A stretch of DNA of 64,000 nucleotides, taken from assembly GCA_964057225.1 (NCBI GenBank), contig OZ059898.1, positions 10,230,001 to 10,294,000 of the forward strand, in the 5' to 3' direction. This document shows, piece after piece, positions 1 through 13,702 of the stretch (its first letter is position 1; the number at the start of each line of letters is the position of its first letter). Under the pieces are notes generated by a model. It saw only the letters and a program-made list of their open reading frames with translations, had not been told where the DNA came from and made no database searches. Both the position numbers and the translations under genes were made by a program. The stretch comes from Auanema rhodensis (Eukaryota > Animalia > Nematoda).

Positions 1-95
1 AAAAACAGTAAAATAAAACTGTGAAAGCGGGTAAAACTGTTGAACTAAAACAGTCTTTATAAAATATAAATGATATTTTTTTATAAAAGTGAAGT

Positions 96-166
96 TGCAT
101 CGGCCGGGAATCGAACCCGGGTCGCCCGCGTGGCACGCGAGCATTCTACCACTGAACCACCGATGC
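96..166 (-). tRNA. tRNA-Gly(GCC), variant C32G
   Basis: 71-nt cloverleaf; TGGCACGC instead of TGGCAGGC on the + strand. Confidence 0.85.
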
Positions 167-950
167 TTCGAAAATGTTAGATTGTTTCCGAAAAATTATG
201 AAAAGTCAAGTTCTACTGATTTGAAGAAAATTGTAAGTTTTAGAAAATAATTAAAAATACGTTCTCTCTACTATTAACTGATTGTCGGCTAAAATATGGT
301 AACAGTTTTTATGTAAAGTTTCCATGATTAGGATTAAACAAAAAAAAGAATTAAAAAGAAACACTTCTTGTTTACTTACTTGATTATACTACTTGAAATT
401 CCAAAAACAGTAGAATAAAATAGAGAAAGAGACGAAAAAAGTTGAACGATTTGAAGAGAATTGTGAGTTTTAGAAAAGAATTAAAGTTTAGCTTTGTCTA
501 CTATTAACTGATTATCGGCTGAAATATGGTGACAGTTTTTTTTTAAAAGTTTCCATGATTAAGATTAATCAAAGAAAAAAAAATCAAAGAGAAACACTTC
601 TTGTTTACTAATTTGATTATAACACTTGAAATTCCAACAAAAGTAAAGTAAAACTGTTAAAGCGAGTAAAACTGTTGAACAATTTGAAGACAATTGTAAG
701 TTGAAGAATAAAATTAAAGTTTAGCTCTCTCTACTATTAACTGAATGTCGGCTAAAATATGGTAACAGTTTTTATTAAAAGTTTCCATGATTAAGATTAA
801 ACAAAGAAAAAAAATCAAAGAGAAACACTTCTTGTTTACTAATTTGATTATAACACTTGAAATTCCAACAAAAGTAAAATAAAACTGTGAAAGCGGGTAA
901 AACTGTTGAACTAAAACAGTCTTTATAAAATATAAATGATATTTTTTTAT

Positions 951-954
951 AAAA
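951..954 (-). terminator. Pol III terminator (T4) of the tRNA cassette; representative, repeated in each cassette
   Basis: Minus strand reads tRNA 3' end-ACTTCAC-TTTT; T5 or longer in some copies (e.g. 34041, 57280, 59392). Confidence 0.6.
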
Positions 955-961
955 GTGAAGT

Positions 962-1032
962 TGCATCGGCCGGGAATCGAACCCGGGTCGCCCGCGTGGC
1001 AGGCGAGCATTCTACCACTGAACCACCGATGC
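962..1032 (-). tRNA. tRNA-Gly(GCC)
   Basis: GCATCGGTGGTTCAGTGGTAGAATGCTCGCCTGCCACGCGGGCGACCCGGGTTCGATTCCCGGCCGATGCA: 7-bp acceptor stem, A box, GCC anticodon, B box; no encoded CCA (array consensus). Confidence 0.96.
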
Positions 1033-1824
1033 TTCGAAAATGTTAGATTGTTTCCGAAAAATTATGAAAAGTCAAGTTCCACTGATTTGAAGAAAATTGT
1101 AAGTTTTAGAAAATAATTAAAAATAAGTTCTCTCTACTATTAACTGATTGTCGGCTAAAATATGGTAACAGTTTTTATAAAAAGTTTCCATGATTGAGAT
1201 TAAACAAAAAAAAGAATTAAAGAGAAACACTTCTTGTTTACTTACTTGATTATACTACTTGAAATTCGAAAAAAAGTAAAAAACAATTGAGAAAGCGACA
1301 TAAACAGTTGAACGATTTGAAGAGAATTGTAAGTTTAAGAAAAGATTTAAAGTTTAGCTTTGTCTACTATTAACTGATTATCGGCTAAAATAAGGTAACA
1401 GTTTTTATTGAAAGTTTCCATGATTAAGATTAAACAAAGAAAAAAATCAAAGAGAAACACTTCTTGTTTACTTACTTGATTATAATACTTGAAATTCCAA
1501 AAACAGTAAAATAAAATTGAGAAAGCGACAAAAACAGTTGAACGATTTGAAGACAATTGTAAGTTGAAGAATAAAATTAAAGTTTAGCTCTCTCTACTAT
1601 TAACTGAATGTCGGCTAAAATATGGTATCAGTTTTTATTAAAAGTTTCCATGATTAAGATTAAACAAAGAAAAAAAATCAAAGAGAAACACTTCTTGTTT
1701 ACTAATTTGATTATAACACTTGAAAATCCAACAAAAGTAAAATAAAACTGTGAAAGCGGGTAAAACTGTTGAACTAAAACAGTCTTTATAAAATATAAAT
1801 GCTATATTTTTATAAAAGTGAAGT

Positions 1825-1895
1825 TGCATCGGCCGGGAATCGAACCCGGGTCGCCCGCGTGGCAGGCGAGCATTCTACCACTGAACCACCGATGC
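1825..1895 (-). tRNA. tRNA-Gly(GCC)
   Basis: Matches array consensus. Confidence 0.95.
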
Positions 1896-2915
1896 TTCGA
1901 AAATGTTAGATTGTTTCCGAAAAATTATGAAAAGTCAAGTTCTACTGATTTGAAGAGAATTGTAAGTTTTAGAAAATAATTAAAAATTAGTTCTCTCTAC
2001 TATTAACTGATTGTCGGCTAAAATATGGTAACAGTTTTTATAAAAAGTTTCCATGATTAGGATTAAACAAAAAAAAGAATTAAAGAGAAACACTTTTTGT
2101 TTACTTATTTGATTATAATACTTTAAATTCCAAAAACAGTAGAATAAAATTGAGAAATCGACAAAAACAGTTGAACGATTTGAAGAAAATTGTAAGTTTT
2201 AGAAAATAATTAAAAATAAGTTCTCTCTACTATTAACTGATTGTCGGCTAAAATATGGTAACAGTTTTTATAAAAAGTTTCCATGATTGAGATTAAACAA
2301 AAAAAAGAATTAAAGAGAAACACTTCTTGTTTACTTACTTGATTATACTACTTGAAATTCGAAAAAAAGTAAAAAACAATTGAGAAAGCGACATAAACAG
2401 TTGAACGATTTGAAGAGAATTGTAAGTTTAAGAAAAGATTTAAAGTTTAGCTTTGTCTACTATTAACTGATTATCGGCTAAAATAAGGTAACAGTTTTTA
2501 TTGAAAGTTTCCATGATTAAGATTAAACAAAGAAAAAAATCAAAGAGAAACACTTCTTGTTTACTTACTTGATTATAATACTTGAAATTCCAAAAACAGT
2601 AAAATAAAATTGAGAAAGCGACAAAAACAGTTGAACGATTTGAAGACAATTGTAAGTTGAAGAATAAAATTAAAGTTTAGCTCTCTCTTATTAACTGAAT
2701 GTCGGCTAAAATATGGTATCAGTTTTTATTAAAAGTTTCCATGATTAAGATTAAACAAAGAAAAAAAATCAAAGAGAAACACTTCTTGTTTACTAATTTG
2801 ATTATAACACTTGAAAATCCAACAAAAGTAAAATAAAACTGTGAAAGCGGGTAAAACTGTTGAACTAAAACAGTCTTTATAAAATATAAATGCTATATTT
2901 TTATAAAAGTGAAGT

Positions 2916-2986
2916 TGCATCGGCCGGGAATCGAACCCGGGTCGCCCGCGTGGCAGGCGAGCATTCTACCACTGAACCACCGATGC
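2916..2986 (-). tRNA. tRNA-Gly(GCC)
   Basis: Matches array consensus. Confidence 0.95.
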
Positions 2987-4006
2987 TTCGAAAATGTTAG
3001 ATTGTTTCCGAAAAATTATGAAAAGTCAAGTTCTACTGATTTGAAGAGAATTGTAAGTTTTAGAAAATAATTAAAAATTAGTTCTCTCTACTATTAACTG
3101 ATTGTCGGCTAAAATATGGTAACAGTTTTTATAAAAAGTTTCCATGATTAGGATTAAACAAAAAAAAGAATTAAAGAGAAACACTTTTTGTTTACTTATT
3201 TGATTATAATACTTTAAATTCCAAAAACAGTAGAATAAAATTGAGAAATCGACAAAAACAGTTGAACGATTTGAAGAGAATTGTAAGTTTTAGAAAAGAA
3301 TTAAAGTTCAGCTATCTCTACTATTAACTGACTATCGGCTAGAATAAGGTAACAGTTTTTATTGAAAGTTTCCATGATTAAGATTGAACAAAAAAAAATT
3401 AGAGAGAAACACTTCTTGTTTACTTACTTGATTATACTACTTGAAATTCGAAAAAAAGTAAAAAACAATTGAGAAAGCGACATAAACAATTGAACGATTT
3501 GAAGAGAATTGTAAGTTTAAGAAAAGATTTAAAGTTTAGCTTTGTCTACTATTAACTGATTATCGGCTAAAATAAGGTAACAGTTTTTATTGAAAGTTTC
3601 CATGATTAAGATTAAACAAAGAAAAAAATCAAAGAGAAACACTTCTTGTTTACTTACTTGATTATAATACTTGAAATTCCAAAAACAGTAAAATAAAATT
3701 GAGAAAGCGACAAAAACAGTTGAACAATTTGAAGACAATTGTAAGTTGAAGAATAAAATTAAAGTTTAGCTCTCTCTACTATTAACTGAATGTCGGCTAA
3801 AATATGGTAACATTTTTTATTAAAAGTTTCCATGATTAAGATTAAACAAAGAAAAAAAATCAAAGAGAAACACTTCTTGTTTACTAATTTGATTATAACA
3901 CTTGAAATTCCAACAAAAGTAAAATAAAACTGTGAAAGCGGGTAAAACTGTTGAACTAAAACAGTCTTTATAAAATATAAATGATATTTTTTTATAAAAG
4001 TGAAGT

Positions 4007-4077
4007 TGCATCGGCCGGGAATCGAACCCGGGTCGCCCGCGTGGCAGGCGAGCATTCTACCACTGAACCACCGATGC
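4007..4077 (-). tRNA. tRNA-Gly(GCC)
   Basis: Matches array consensus. Confidence 0.95.
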
Positions 4078-5103
4078 TTCGAAAATGTTAGATTGTTTCC
4101 GAAAAATTATGAAAAGTCAAGTTCTACTGATTTGAAGAAAATTGTAAGTTTTAGAAAATAATTGAAAATTAGTTCTCTCTACTATTAACTGATTGTCGGC
4201 TAAAATATGGTTACAGTTTTTATAAAAAGTTTCCATGATTGAGATTAAACAAAAAAAAGAATTAAAGAGAAACACTTCTTGTTTACTTACTTGATTATAC
4301 TACTTGAAATTCGAAAAAAAGTAAAAAACAATTGAGAAAGCGACATAAACAGTTGAACGATTTGAAGAGAATTGTAAGTTTTAGAAAAGAATTAAAGTTC
4401 AGCTATCTCTACTATTAACTGACTATCAGCTGAAATATGGTGACAGTTTTTTATTAAAAGTTTCCATGATTAAGATTAAACAAAGAAAAAAAATCAAAGA
4501 GAAACACTTCTTGTTTACTTATTTGATTATAACACTTGAAATTCCAACAAAAGTAAAGTAAAACTGTTAATGCGAGTAAAACTGTTGAACGATTTGAAGA
4601 CAATTGTAAGTTTAAGAAAAGAATTAAAGTTTAGCTTTGTCTACTATTAACTGATTATCGGCTGAAATATGGTGACAGTTTTTTTTTAAAAGTTTCCAGG
4701 ATTAAGATTAAACAAAGAAAAAAAAATCAAAGAGAAACACTTCTTGTTTACTTATTTGATTATAACACTTGAAATTCCAACAAAAGTAAAATAAAACTGT
4801 TAATGCGAGTAAAACTGTTGAACAATTTGAAGACAATTGTAAGTTGAAAAAAAAAATTAAAGTTTAGCTCTCTCTACTATTAACTGAATGTCGGCTAAAA
4901 TATGGTAACAGTTTTTATTAAAAGTTCCCATGATTAAGATTAAACAAAGAAAAAAATCAAAGAGAAACACTTCTTGTTTACTTATTTGATTATAACACTT
5001 GAAATTCCAACAAAAGTAAAATAAAACTGTGAAAGCGGGTAAAACTGTTGAACTAAAACAGTCTTTATAAAATATAAATGATATTTTTTTATAAAAGTGA
5101 AGT

Positions 5104-5174
5104 TGCATCGGCCGGGAATCGAACCCGGGTCGCCCGCGTGGCAGGCGAGCATTCTACCACTGAACCACCGATGC
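5104..5174 (-). tRNA. tRNA-Gly(GCC)
   Basis: Matches array consensus. Confidence 0.95.
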
Positions 5175-5968
5175 TTCGAAAATGTTAGATTGTTTCCGAA
5201 AAATTATGAAAAGTCAAGTTCTACTGATTTGAAGAGAATTGTGAGTTTTAGAAAAGAATTAAAGTTCAGCTATCTCTACTATTAACTGATTATCGGCTAA
5301 AATAAGGTAACAGTTTTTATTGAAAGTTTCCATGATTAAGATTAAACAAAGAAAAAAAATCAAAGAGAAACACTTCTTGTTTACTTATTTGATTATAATA
5401 CTTGAAATTCCAAAAACAGTAGAATAAAATAGAGAAAGCGACGAAAAAAGTTGAACGATTTGAAGAGAATTGTAAGTTTTAGAAAAGAATTAAAGTTCAG
5501 CTATCTCTACTATTAACTGATTATCGGCTAAAATAAGGTAACAGTTTTTATTGAAAGTTTCCATGATTAAGATTAAACAAAGAAAAAAAATCAAAGAGAA
5601 ACACTTCTTCTTTACTTACTTGATTATAATACTTGAAATTCCAAAAACAGTAAAATAAAATTGAAAAAGCGACAAAAACAGTTGAACGATTTGAAGACAA
5701 TTGTAAGTTGAAGAATAAAATTAAAGTTTAGCTCTCTCTACTATTAACTGAATGTCGGCTAAAATATGGTATCAGTTTTTATTAAAAGTTTCCATGATTA
5801 AGATTAAACAAAGAAAAAAAATCAAAGAGAAACACTTCTTGTTTACTAATTTGATTATAACACTTGAAAATCCAACAAAAGTAAAATAAAACTGTGAAAG
5901 CGGGTAAAACTGTTGAACTAAAACAGTCTTTATAAAATATAAATGCTATATTTTTATAAAATAGAAGT

Positions 5969-6039
5969 TGCATCGGCCGGGAATCGAACCCGGGTCGCCC
6001 GCGTGGCAGGCGAGCATTCTACCACTGAACCACTGATGC
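5969..6039 (-). tRNA. tRNA-Gly(GCC), variant G6A (acceptor-stem mismatch)
   Basis: CACTGATGC instead of CACCGATGC on +. Confidence 0.85.
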
Positions 6040-7061
6040 TTCGAAAATGTTAGATTGTTTCCGAAAAATTATGAAAAGTCAAGTTCTACTGATTTGAAGA
6101 GAATTGTAAGTTTTAGAAAATAATTAAAAATTAGTTCTCTCTACTATTAACTGATTGTCGGCTAAAATATGGTAACAGTTTTTATAAAAAGTTTCCATGA
6201 TTAGGATTAAACAAAAAAAAGAATTAAAGAGAAACACTTTTTGTTTACTTATTTGATTATAATACTTTAAATTCCAAAAACAGTAGAATAAAATTGAGAA
6301 ATCGACAAAAACAGTTGAACGATTTGAAGAGAATTGTAAGTTTTAGAAAATAATTAAAAATTAGTTCTCTCTACTATTAACTGATTGTCGGCTAAAATAT
6401 GGTTACAGTTTTTATAAAAAGTTTCCATGATTAGGATTAAACAAAAAAAAGAATTAAAGAGAAACACTTTTTGTTTACTTATTTGATTATAATACTTGAA
6501 ATTCCAAAAACAGTAGAATAAAATTGAGAAATCGACAAAAACAGTTGAACGATTTGAAGAGAATTGTAAGTTTTAGAAAAGAATTAAAGTTCAGCTATCT
6601 CTACTATTAACTGATTATCGGCTAAAATAAGGTAACAGTTTTTATTGAAAGTTTCCATGATTAAGATTAAACAAAGAAAAAAATCAAAGAGAAACACTTC
6701 TTGTTTACTTACTTGATTATATTACTTGAAATTCCAAAAACAGTAAAATAAAATTGAAAAAGCGACAAAAACAGTTGAACAATTTGAAGACAATTGTAAG
6801 TTGAAGAATAAAATTAAAGTTTAGCTCTCTCTACTATTAACTGAATGTCGGCTAAAATATGGTAACAGTTTTTATTAAAAGTTCCCATGATTAAGATTAA
6901 ACAAAGAAAAAAAATCAAAGAGAAACACTTCTTGTTTACTTATTTGATTATAATACTTGAAATTCCAAAAACAGTAAAATAAAACTGTGAAAGCGGGTAA
7001 AACTGTTGAACTAAAACAGTCTTTATAAAATATAAATGATATTTTTTTATAAAAGTGAAGT

Positions 7062-7132
7062 TGCATCGGCCGGGAATCGAACCCGGGTCGCCCGCGTGGC
7101 AGGCGAGCATTCTACCACTGAACCACCGATGC
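7062..7132 (-). tRNA. tRNA-Gly(GCC)
   Basis: Matches array consensus. Confidence 0.95.
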
Positions 7133-7927
7133 TTCGAAAATGTTAGATTGTTTCCGAAAAATTATGAAAAGTCAAGTTCTACTGATTTGAAGAAAATTGT
7201 AAGTTTTAGAAAATAATTAAAAATACGTTCTCTCTACTATTAACTGATTGTCGGCTAAAATATGGTAACAGTTTTTATGTAAAGTTTCCATGATTAGGAT
7301 TAAACAAAAAAAAGAATTAAAAAGAAACACTTCTTGTTTACTTACTTGATTATACTACTTGAAATTCCAAAAACAGTAGAATAAAATAGAGAAAGAGACG
7401 AAAAAAGTTGAACGATTTGAAGAGAATTGTGAGTTTTAGAAAAGAATTAAAGTTTAGCTTTGTCTACTATTAACTGATTATCGGCTGAAATATGGTGACA
7501 GTTTTTTTTTAAAAGTTTCCATGATTAAGATTAATCAAAGAAAAAAAAATCAAAGAGAAACACTTCTTGTTTACTAATTTGATTATAACACTTGAAATTC
7601 CAACAAAAGTAAAGTAAAACTGTTAAAGCGAGTAAAACTGTTGAACAATTTGAAGACAATTGTAAGTTGAAGAATAAAATTAAAGTTTAGCTCTCTCTAC
7701 TATTAACTGAATGTCGGCTAAAATATGGTAACAGTTTTTATTAAAAGTTTCCATGATTAAGATTAAACAAAAAAAAAAAATCAAAGAGAAACACTTCTTG
7801 TTTACTAATTTGATTATAACACTTGAAATTCCAACAAAAGTAAAATAAAACTGTGAAAGCGGGTAAAACTGTTCAACTAAAACAGTCTTTATAAAATATA
7901 AATGCTATATTTTTATAAAAGTGAAGT

Positions 7928-7998
7928 TGCATCGGCCGGGAATCGAACCCGGGTCGCCCGCGTGGCAGGCGAGCATTCTACCACTGAACCACCGATGC
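7928..7998 (-). tRNA. tRNA-Gly(GCC)
   Basis: Matches array consensus. Confidence 0.95.
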
Positions 7999-9022
7999 TT
8001 CGAAAATGTTAGATTGTTTCCGAAAAATTATGAAAAGTCAAGTTCTACTGATTTGAAGAGAATTGTAAGTTTTAGAAAATAATTAAAAATTAGTTCTCTC
8101 TACTATTAACTGATTGTCGGCTAAAATATGGTAACAGTTTTTATAAAAAGTTTCCATGATTAGGATTAAACAAAAAAAAGAATTAAAGAGAAACACTTTT
8201 TGTTTACTTATTTGATTATAATACTTTAAATTCCAAAAACAGTAGAATAAAATTGAGAAATCGACAAAAACAGTTGAACGATTTGAAGAGAATTGTAAGT
8301 TTTAGAAAAGAATTAAAGTTCAGCTATCTCTACTATTAACTGACTATCGGCTAGAATAAGGTAACAGTTTTTATTGAAAGTTTCCATGATTAAGATTGAA
8401 CAAAAAAAAAATTAGAGAGAAACACTTCTTGTTTACTTACTTGATTATACTACTTGAAATTCGAAAAAAAGTAAAAAACAATTGAGAAAGCGACATAAAC
8501 AATTGAACGATTTGAAGAGAATTGTAAGTTTAAGAAAAGATTTAAAGTTTAGCTTTGTCTACTATTAACTGATTATCGGCTGAAATATGGTGACAGTTTT
8601 TTTTTAAAAGTTTCCATGATTAAGACTAATCAAAGAAAAAAAAATTAAAGAGAAACACTTCTTGTTTACTAATTTGATTATAACACTTGAAATTCCAACA
8701 AAAGTAAAGTGAAACTGTTAAAGCGAGTAAAACTTTTGAACAATTTGAAGACAATTGTAAGTTGAAGAATAAAATTAAAGTTTAGCTCTCTCTACTATTA
8801 ACTGAATGTCGGCTAAAATATGGTAACAGTTTTTATTAAAAGTTTCCATGATTAAGATTAAACAAAGAAAAAAAATCAAAGAGAAACACTTCTTGTTTAC
8901 TAATTTGATTATAACACTTGAAATTCCAACAAAAGTAAAATAAAACTGTGAAAGCGGGTAAAACTGTTGAACTAAAACAGTCTTTATAAAATATAAATGA
9001 TATTTTTTTATAAAAGTGAAGT

Positions 9023-9093
9023 TGCATCGGCCGGGAATCGAACCCGGGTCGCCCGCGTGGCAGGCGAGCATTCTACCACTGAACCACCGATGC
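9023..9093 (-). tRNA. tRNA-Gly(GCC)
   Basis: Matches array consensus. Confidence 0.95.
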
Positions 9094-9887
9094 TTCGAAA
9101 ATGTTAGATTGTTTCCGAAAAATTATGAAAAGTCAAGTTCTACTGATTTGAAGAAAATTGTAAGTTTTAGAAAATAATTAAAAATAAGTTCTCTCTACTA
9201 TTAACTGATTGTCGGCTAAAATATGGTAACAGTTTTTATAAAAAGTTTCCATGATTGAGATTAAACAAAAAAAAGAATTAAAGAGAAACACTTCTTGTTT
9301 ACTTACTTGATTATAATACTTGAAATTCGAAAAAAAGTAAAAAACAATTGAGAAAGCGACATAAACAGTTGAACGATTTGAAGAGAATTGTAAGTTTTAG
9401 AAAAGAATTAAAGTTCAGCTATCTCTACTATTAACTGATTATCGGCTGAAATATGGTGACAGTTTTTTATTAAAAGTTTCCATGATTAAGATTAAACAAA
9501 GAAAAAAAATCAAAGAGAAACACTTCTTGTTTACTTATTTGATTATAACACTTGAAATTCCAACAAAAGTAAAGTAAAACTGTTAAAGCGAGTAAAACTG
9601 TTGAACGATTTGAAGACAATTGTAAGTTGAAGAAAAAAATTAAAGTTTAGCTCTCTCTACTATTAACTGAATGTCGGCTGAAATAAGGTAACAATTTTTA
9701 TTAAAAGTTTCCATGATTTAGATTAAACAAAGAAAAAAAATCAAAGAGAAACACTTCTTGTTTACTAATTTGATTATAACACTTGAAAATCCAACAAAAG
9801 TAAAATAAAACTGTGAAAGCGGGTAAAACTGTTGAACTAAAACAGTCTTTATAAAATATAAATGATATATTTTTATAAAAGTGAAGT

Positions 9888-9958
9888 TGCATCGGCCGGG
9901 AATCGAACCCGGGTCGCCCGCGTGGCAGGCGAGCATTCTACCACTGAACCACCGATGC
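9888..9958 (-). tRNA. tRNA-Gly(GCC)
   Basis: Matches array consensus. Confidence 0.95.
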
Positions 9959-11442
9959 TTCGAAAATGTTAGATTGTTTCCGAAAAATTATGAAAAGTCA
10001 AGTTCTACTGATTTGAAGAGAATTGTAAGTTTTAGAAAATAATTGAAAATTAGTTCTCTCTACTATTAACTGATTGTCGGCTAAAATATGGTTACAGTTT
10101 TTATAAAAAGTTTCCATGATTAGGATTAAACAAAAAAAAGAATTAAAGAGAAACACTTTTTGTTTACTTATTTGATTATAATACTTTAAATTCCAAAAAC
10201 AGTAGAATAAAATTGAGAAATCGACAAAAACAGTTGAACGATTTGAAGAGAATTGTAAGTTTTAGAAAAGAATTAAAGTTCAGCTATCTCTACTATTAAC
10301 TGACTATCGGCTAGAATAAGGTAACAGTTTTTATTGAAAGTTTCCATGATTAAGATTGAACAAAAAAAAAATCAAAGAGAAACACTTCTTGTTTACTAAT
10401 TTGATTATAACACTTGAAATTCCAACAAAAGTAAAATAAAACTGTGAAAGCGGGTAAAACTGTTGAACGATTTGAAGACAATTGTAAGTTTAAGAAAAGA
10501 ATTAAAGTTTAGCTTTGTCTACTATTAACTGATTATCGGCTGAAATATGGTGACAGTTTTTATGTAAAGTTTCCATGATTAGGATTAAACAAAAAAAGAA
10601 TTAAAAAGAAACACTTCTTGTTTACTTACTTGATTATACTACTTGAAATTCCAAAAACAGTAGAATAAAATAGAGAAAGAGACGAAAAAAGTTGAACGAT
10701 TTGAAGAGAATTGTGAGTTTTAGAAAAGAATTAAAGTTTAGCTTTGTCTACTATTAACTGATTATCGGCTGAAATATGGTGACAGTTTTTTTTTAAAAGT
10801 TTCCATGATTAAGATTAATCAAAGAAAAAAAAATCAAAGAGAAACACTTCTTGTTTACTAATTTGATTATAACACTTGAAATTCCAACAAAAGTAAAGTA
10901 AAACTGTTAAAGCGAGTAAAACTGTTGAACAATTTGAAGACAATTGTAAGTTGAAGAATAAAATTAAAGTTTAGCTCTCTCTACTATTAACTGAATGTCG
11001 GCTAAAATATGGTAACAGTTTTTATTAAAAGTTTCCATGATTAAGATTAAACAAAGAAAAAAAATCAAAGAGAAACACTTCTTGTTTACTTATTTGATTA
11101 TAACACTTGAAATTCCAACAAAAGTAAAATAAAACTGTGAAAGCGGGTAAAACTGTTGAACGATTTGAAGACAATTGTAAGTTGAAGAAAAAAATTAAAG
11201 TTTAGCTCTCTCTACTATTAACTGAATGTCGGCTGAAATAAGGTAACAATTTTTATTAAAAGTTTCCATGATTTAGATTAAACAAAGAAAAAAAATCAAA
11301 GAGAAACACTTCTTGTTTACTAATTTGATTATAACACTTGAAAATCCAACAAAAGTAAAATAAAACTGTGAAAGCGGGTAAAACTGTTGAACTAAAACAG
11401 TCTTTATAAAATATAAATGATATATTTTTATAAAAGTGAAGT

Positions 11443-11513
11443 TGCATCGGCCGGGAATCGAACCCGGGTCGCCCGCGTGGCAGGCGAGCATTCTACCACT
11501 GAACCACCGATGC
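11443..11513 (-). tRNA. tRNA-Gly(GCC)
   Basis: Matches array consensus. Confidence 0.95.
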
Positions 11514-12768
11514 TTCGAAAATGTTAGATTGTTTCCGAAAAATTATGAAAAGTCAAGTTCTACTGATTTGAAGAGAATTGTAAGTTTTAGAAAATAATTG
11601 AAAATTAGTTCTCTCTACTATTAACTGATTGTCGGCTAAAATATGGTTACAGTTTTTATAAAAAGTTTCCATGATTAGGATTAAACAAAAAAAAGAATTA
11701 AAGAGAAACACTTTTTGTTTACTTATTTGATTATAATACTTTAAATTCCAAAAACAGTAGAATAAAATTGAGAAATCGACAAAAACAGTTGAACGATTTG
11801 AAGAGAATTGTAAGTTTTAGAAAAGAATTAAAGTTCAGCTATCTCTACTATTAACTGACTATCGGCTAGAATAAGGTAACAGTTTTTATTGAAAGTTTCC
11901 ATGATTAAGATTGAACAAAAAAAAAAATTAGAGAGAAACACTTCTTGTTTACTTACTTGATTATAATACTTGAAATTCCAAAAACAGTAAAATAAAATTG
12001 TGAAAGCGACAAAAACAGTTGAACGATTTGAAGACAATTGTAAGTTTAAGAAAAGAATTAAAGTTTAGCTTTGTCTACTATTAACTGATTATCGGCTGAA
12101 ATATGGTGACAGTTTTTATGTAAAGTTTCCATGATTAGGATTAAACAAAAAAAAGAATTAAAAAGAAACACTTCTTGTTTACTTACTTGATTATACTACT
12201 TGAAATTCCAAAAACAGTAGAATAAAATAGAGAAAGAGACGAAAAAAGTTGAACGATTTGAAGAGAATTGTGAGTTTTAGAAAAGAATTAAAGTTTAGCT
12301 TTGTCTACTATTAACTGATTATCGGCTGAAATATGGTGACAGTTTTTTTCTAAAAGTTTCCATGATTAAGATTAATCAAAGAAAAAAAAATCAAAGAGAA
12401 ACACTTCTTGTTTACTAATTTGATTATAACACTTGAAATTCCAACAAAAGTAAAGTAAAACTGTTAAAGCGAGTAAAACTGTTGAACAATTTGAAGACAA
12501 TTGTAAGTTGAAGAATAAAATTAAAGTTTAGCTCTCTCTACTATTAACTGAATGTCGGCTAAAATATGGTAACAGTTTTTATTAAAAGTTTCCATGATTA
12601 AGATTAAACAAAGAAAAAAAATCAAAGAGAAACACTTCTTGTTTACTTATTTGATTATAACACTTGAAATTCCAACAAAAGTAAAATAAAACTGTGAAAG
12701 CGGGTAAAACTGTTGAACTAAAACAGTCTTTATAAAATATAAATGATATTTTTTTATAAAAGTGAAGT

Positions 12769-12839
12769 TGCATCGGCCGGGAATCGAACCCGGGTCGCCC
12801 GCGTGGCAGGCGAGCATTCTACCACTGAACCACCGATGC
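12769..12839 (-). tRNA. tRNA-Gly(GCC)
   Basis: Matches array consensus. Confidence 0.95.
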
Positions 12840-13631
12840 TTCGAAAATGTTAGATTGTTTCCGAAAAATTATGAAAAGTCAAGTTCCACTGATTTGAAGA
12901 AAATTGTAAGTTTTAGAAAATAATTAAAAATAAGTTCTCTCTACTATTAACTGATTGTCGGCTAAAATATGGTAACAGTTTTTATAAAAAGTTTCCATGA
13001 TTGAGATTAAACAAAAAATAGAATTAAAGAGAAACACTTCTTATTTACTTACTTGATTATACTACTTGAAATTCGAAAAAAAGTAAAAAACAATTGAGAA
13101 AGCGACATAAACAGTTGAACGATTTGAAGAGAATTGTAAGTTTAAGAAAAGATTTAAAGTTTAGCTTTGTCTACTATTAACTGATTATCGGCTAAAATAA
13201 GGTAACAGTTTTTATTGAAAGTTTCCATGATTAAGATTAAACAAAGAAAAAAATCAAAGAGAAACACTTCTTGTTTACTTACTTGATTATAATACTTGAA
13301 ATTCCAAAAACAGTAAAATAAAATTGAAAAAGCGACAAAAACAGTTGAACGATTTGAAGACAATTGTAAGTTGAAGAATAAAATTAAAGTTTAGCTCTCT
13401 CTACTATTAACTGAATGTCGGCTAAAATATGGTATCAGTTTTTATTAAAAGTTTCCATGATTAAGATTAAACAAAGAAAAAAAATCAAAGAGAAACACTT
13501 CTTGTTTACTAATTTGATTATAACACTTGAAAATCCAACAAAAGTAAAATAAAACTGTGAAAGCGGGTAAAACTGTTGAACTAAAACAGTCTTTATAAAA
13601 TATAAATGCTATATTTTTATAAAATAGAAGT

Positions 13632-13702
13632 TGCATCGGCCGGGAATCGAACCCGGGTCGCCCGCGTGGCAGGCGAGCATTCTACCACTGAACCACCGAT
13701 GC
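13632..13702 (-). tRNA. tRNA-Gly(GCC)
   Basis: Matches array consensus. Confidence 0.95.

Noticed and set aside
912-1083. tRNA-derived SINE interpretation of the cassette
   Set aside because: The tRNA is a complete, unmodified cloverleaf with ~50 bp of its own 5' flank and a T4 terminator; no SINE body, tail or TSD.
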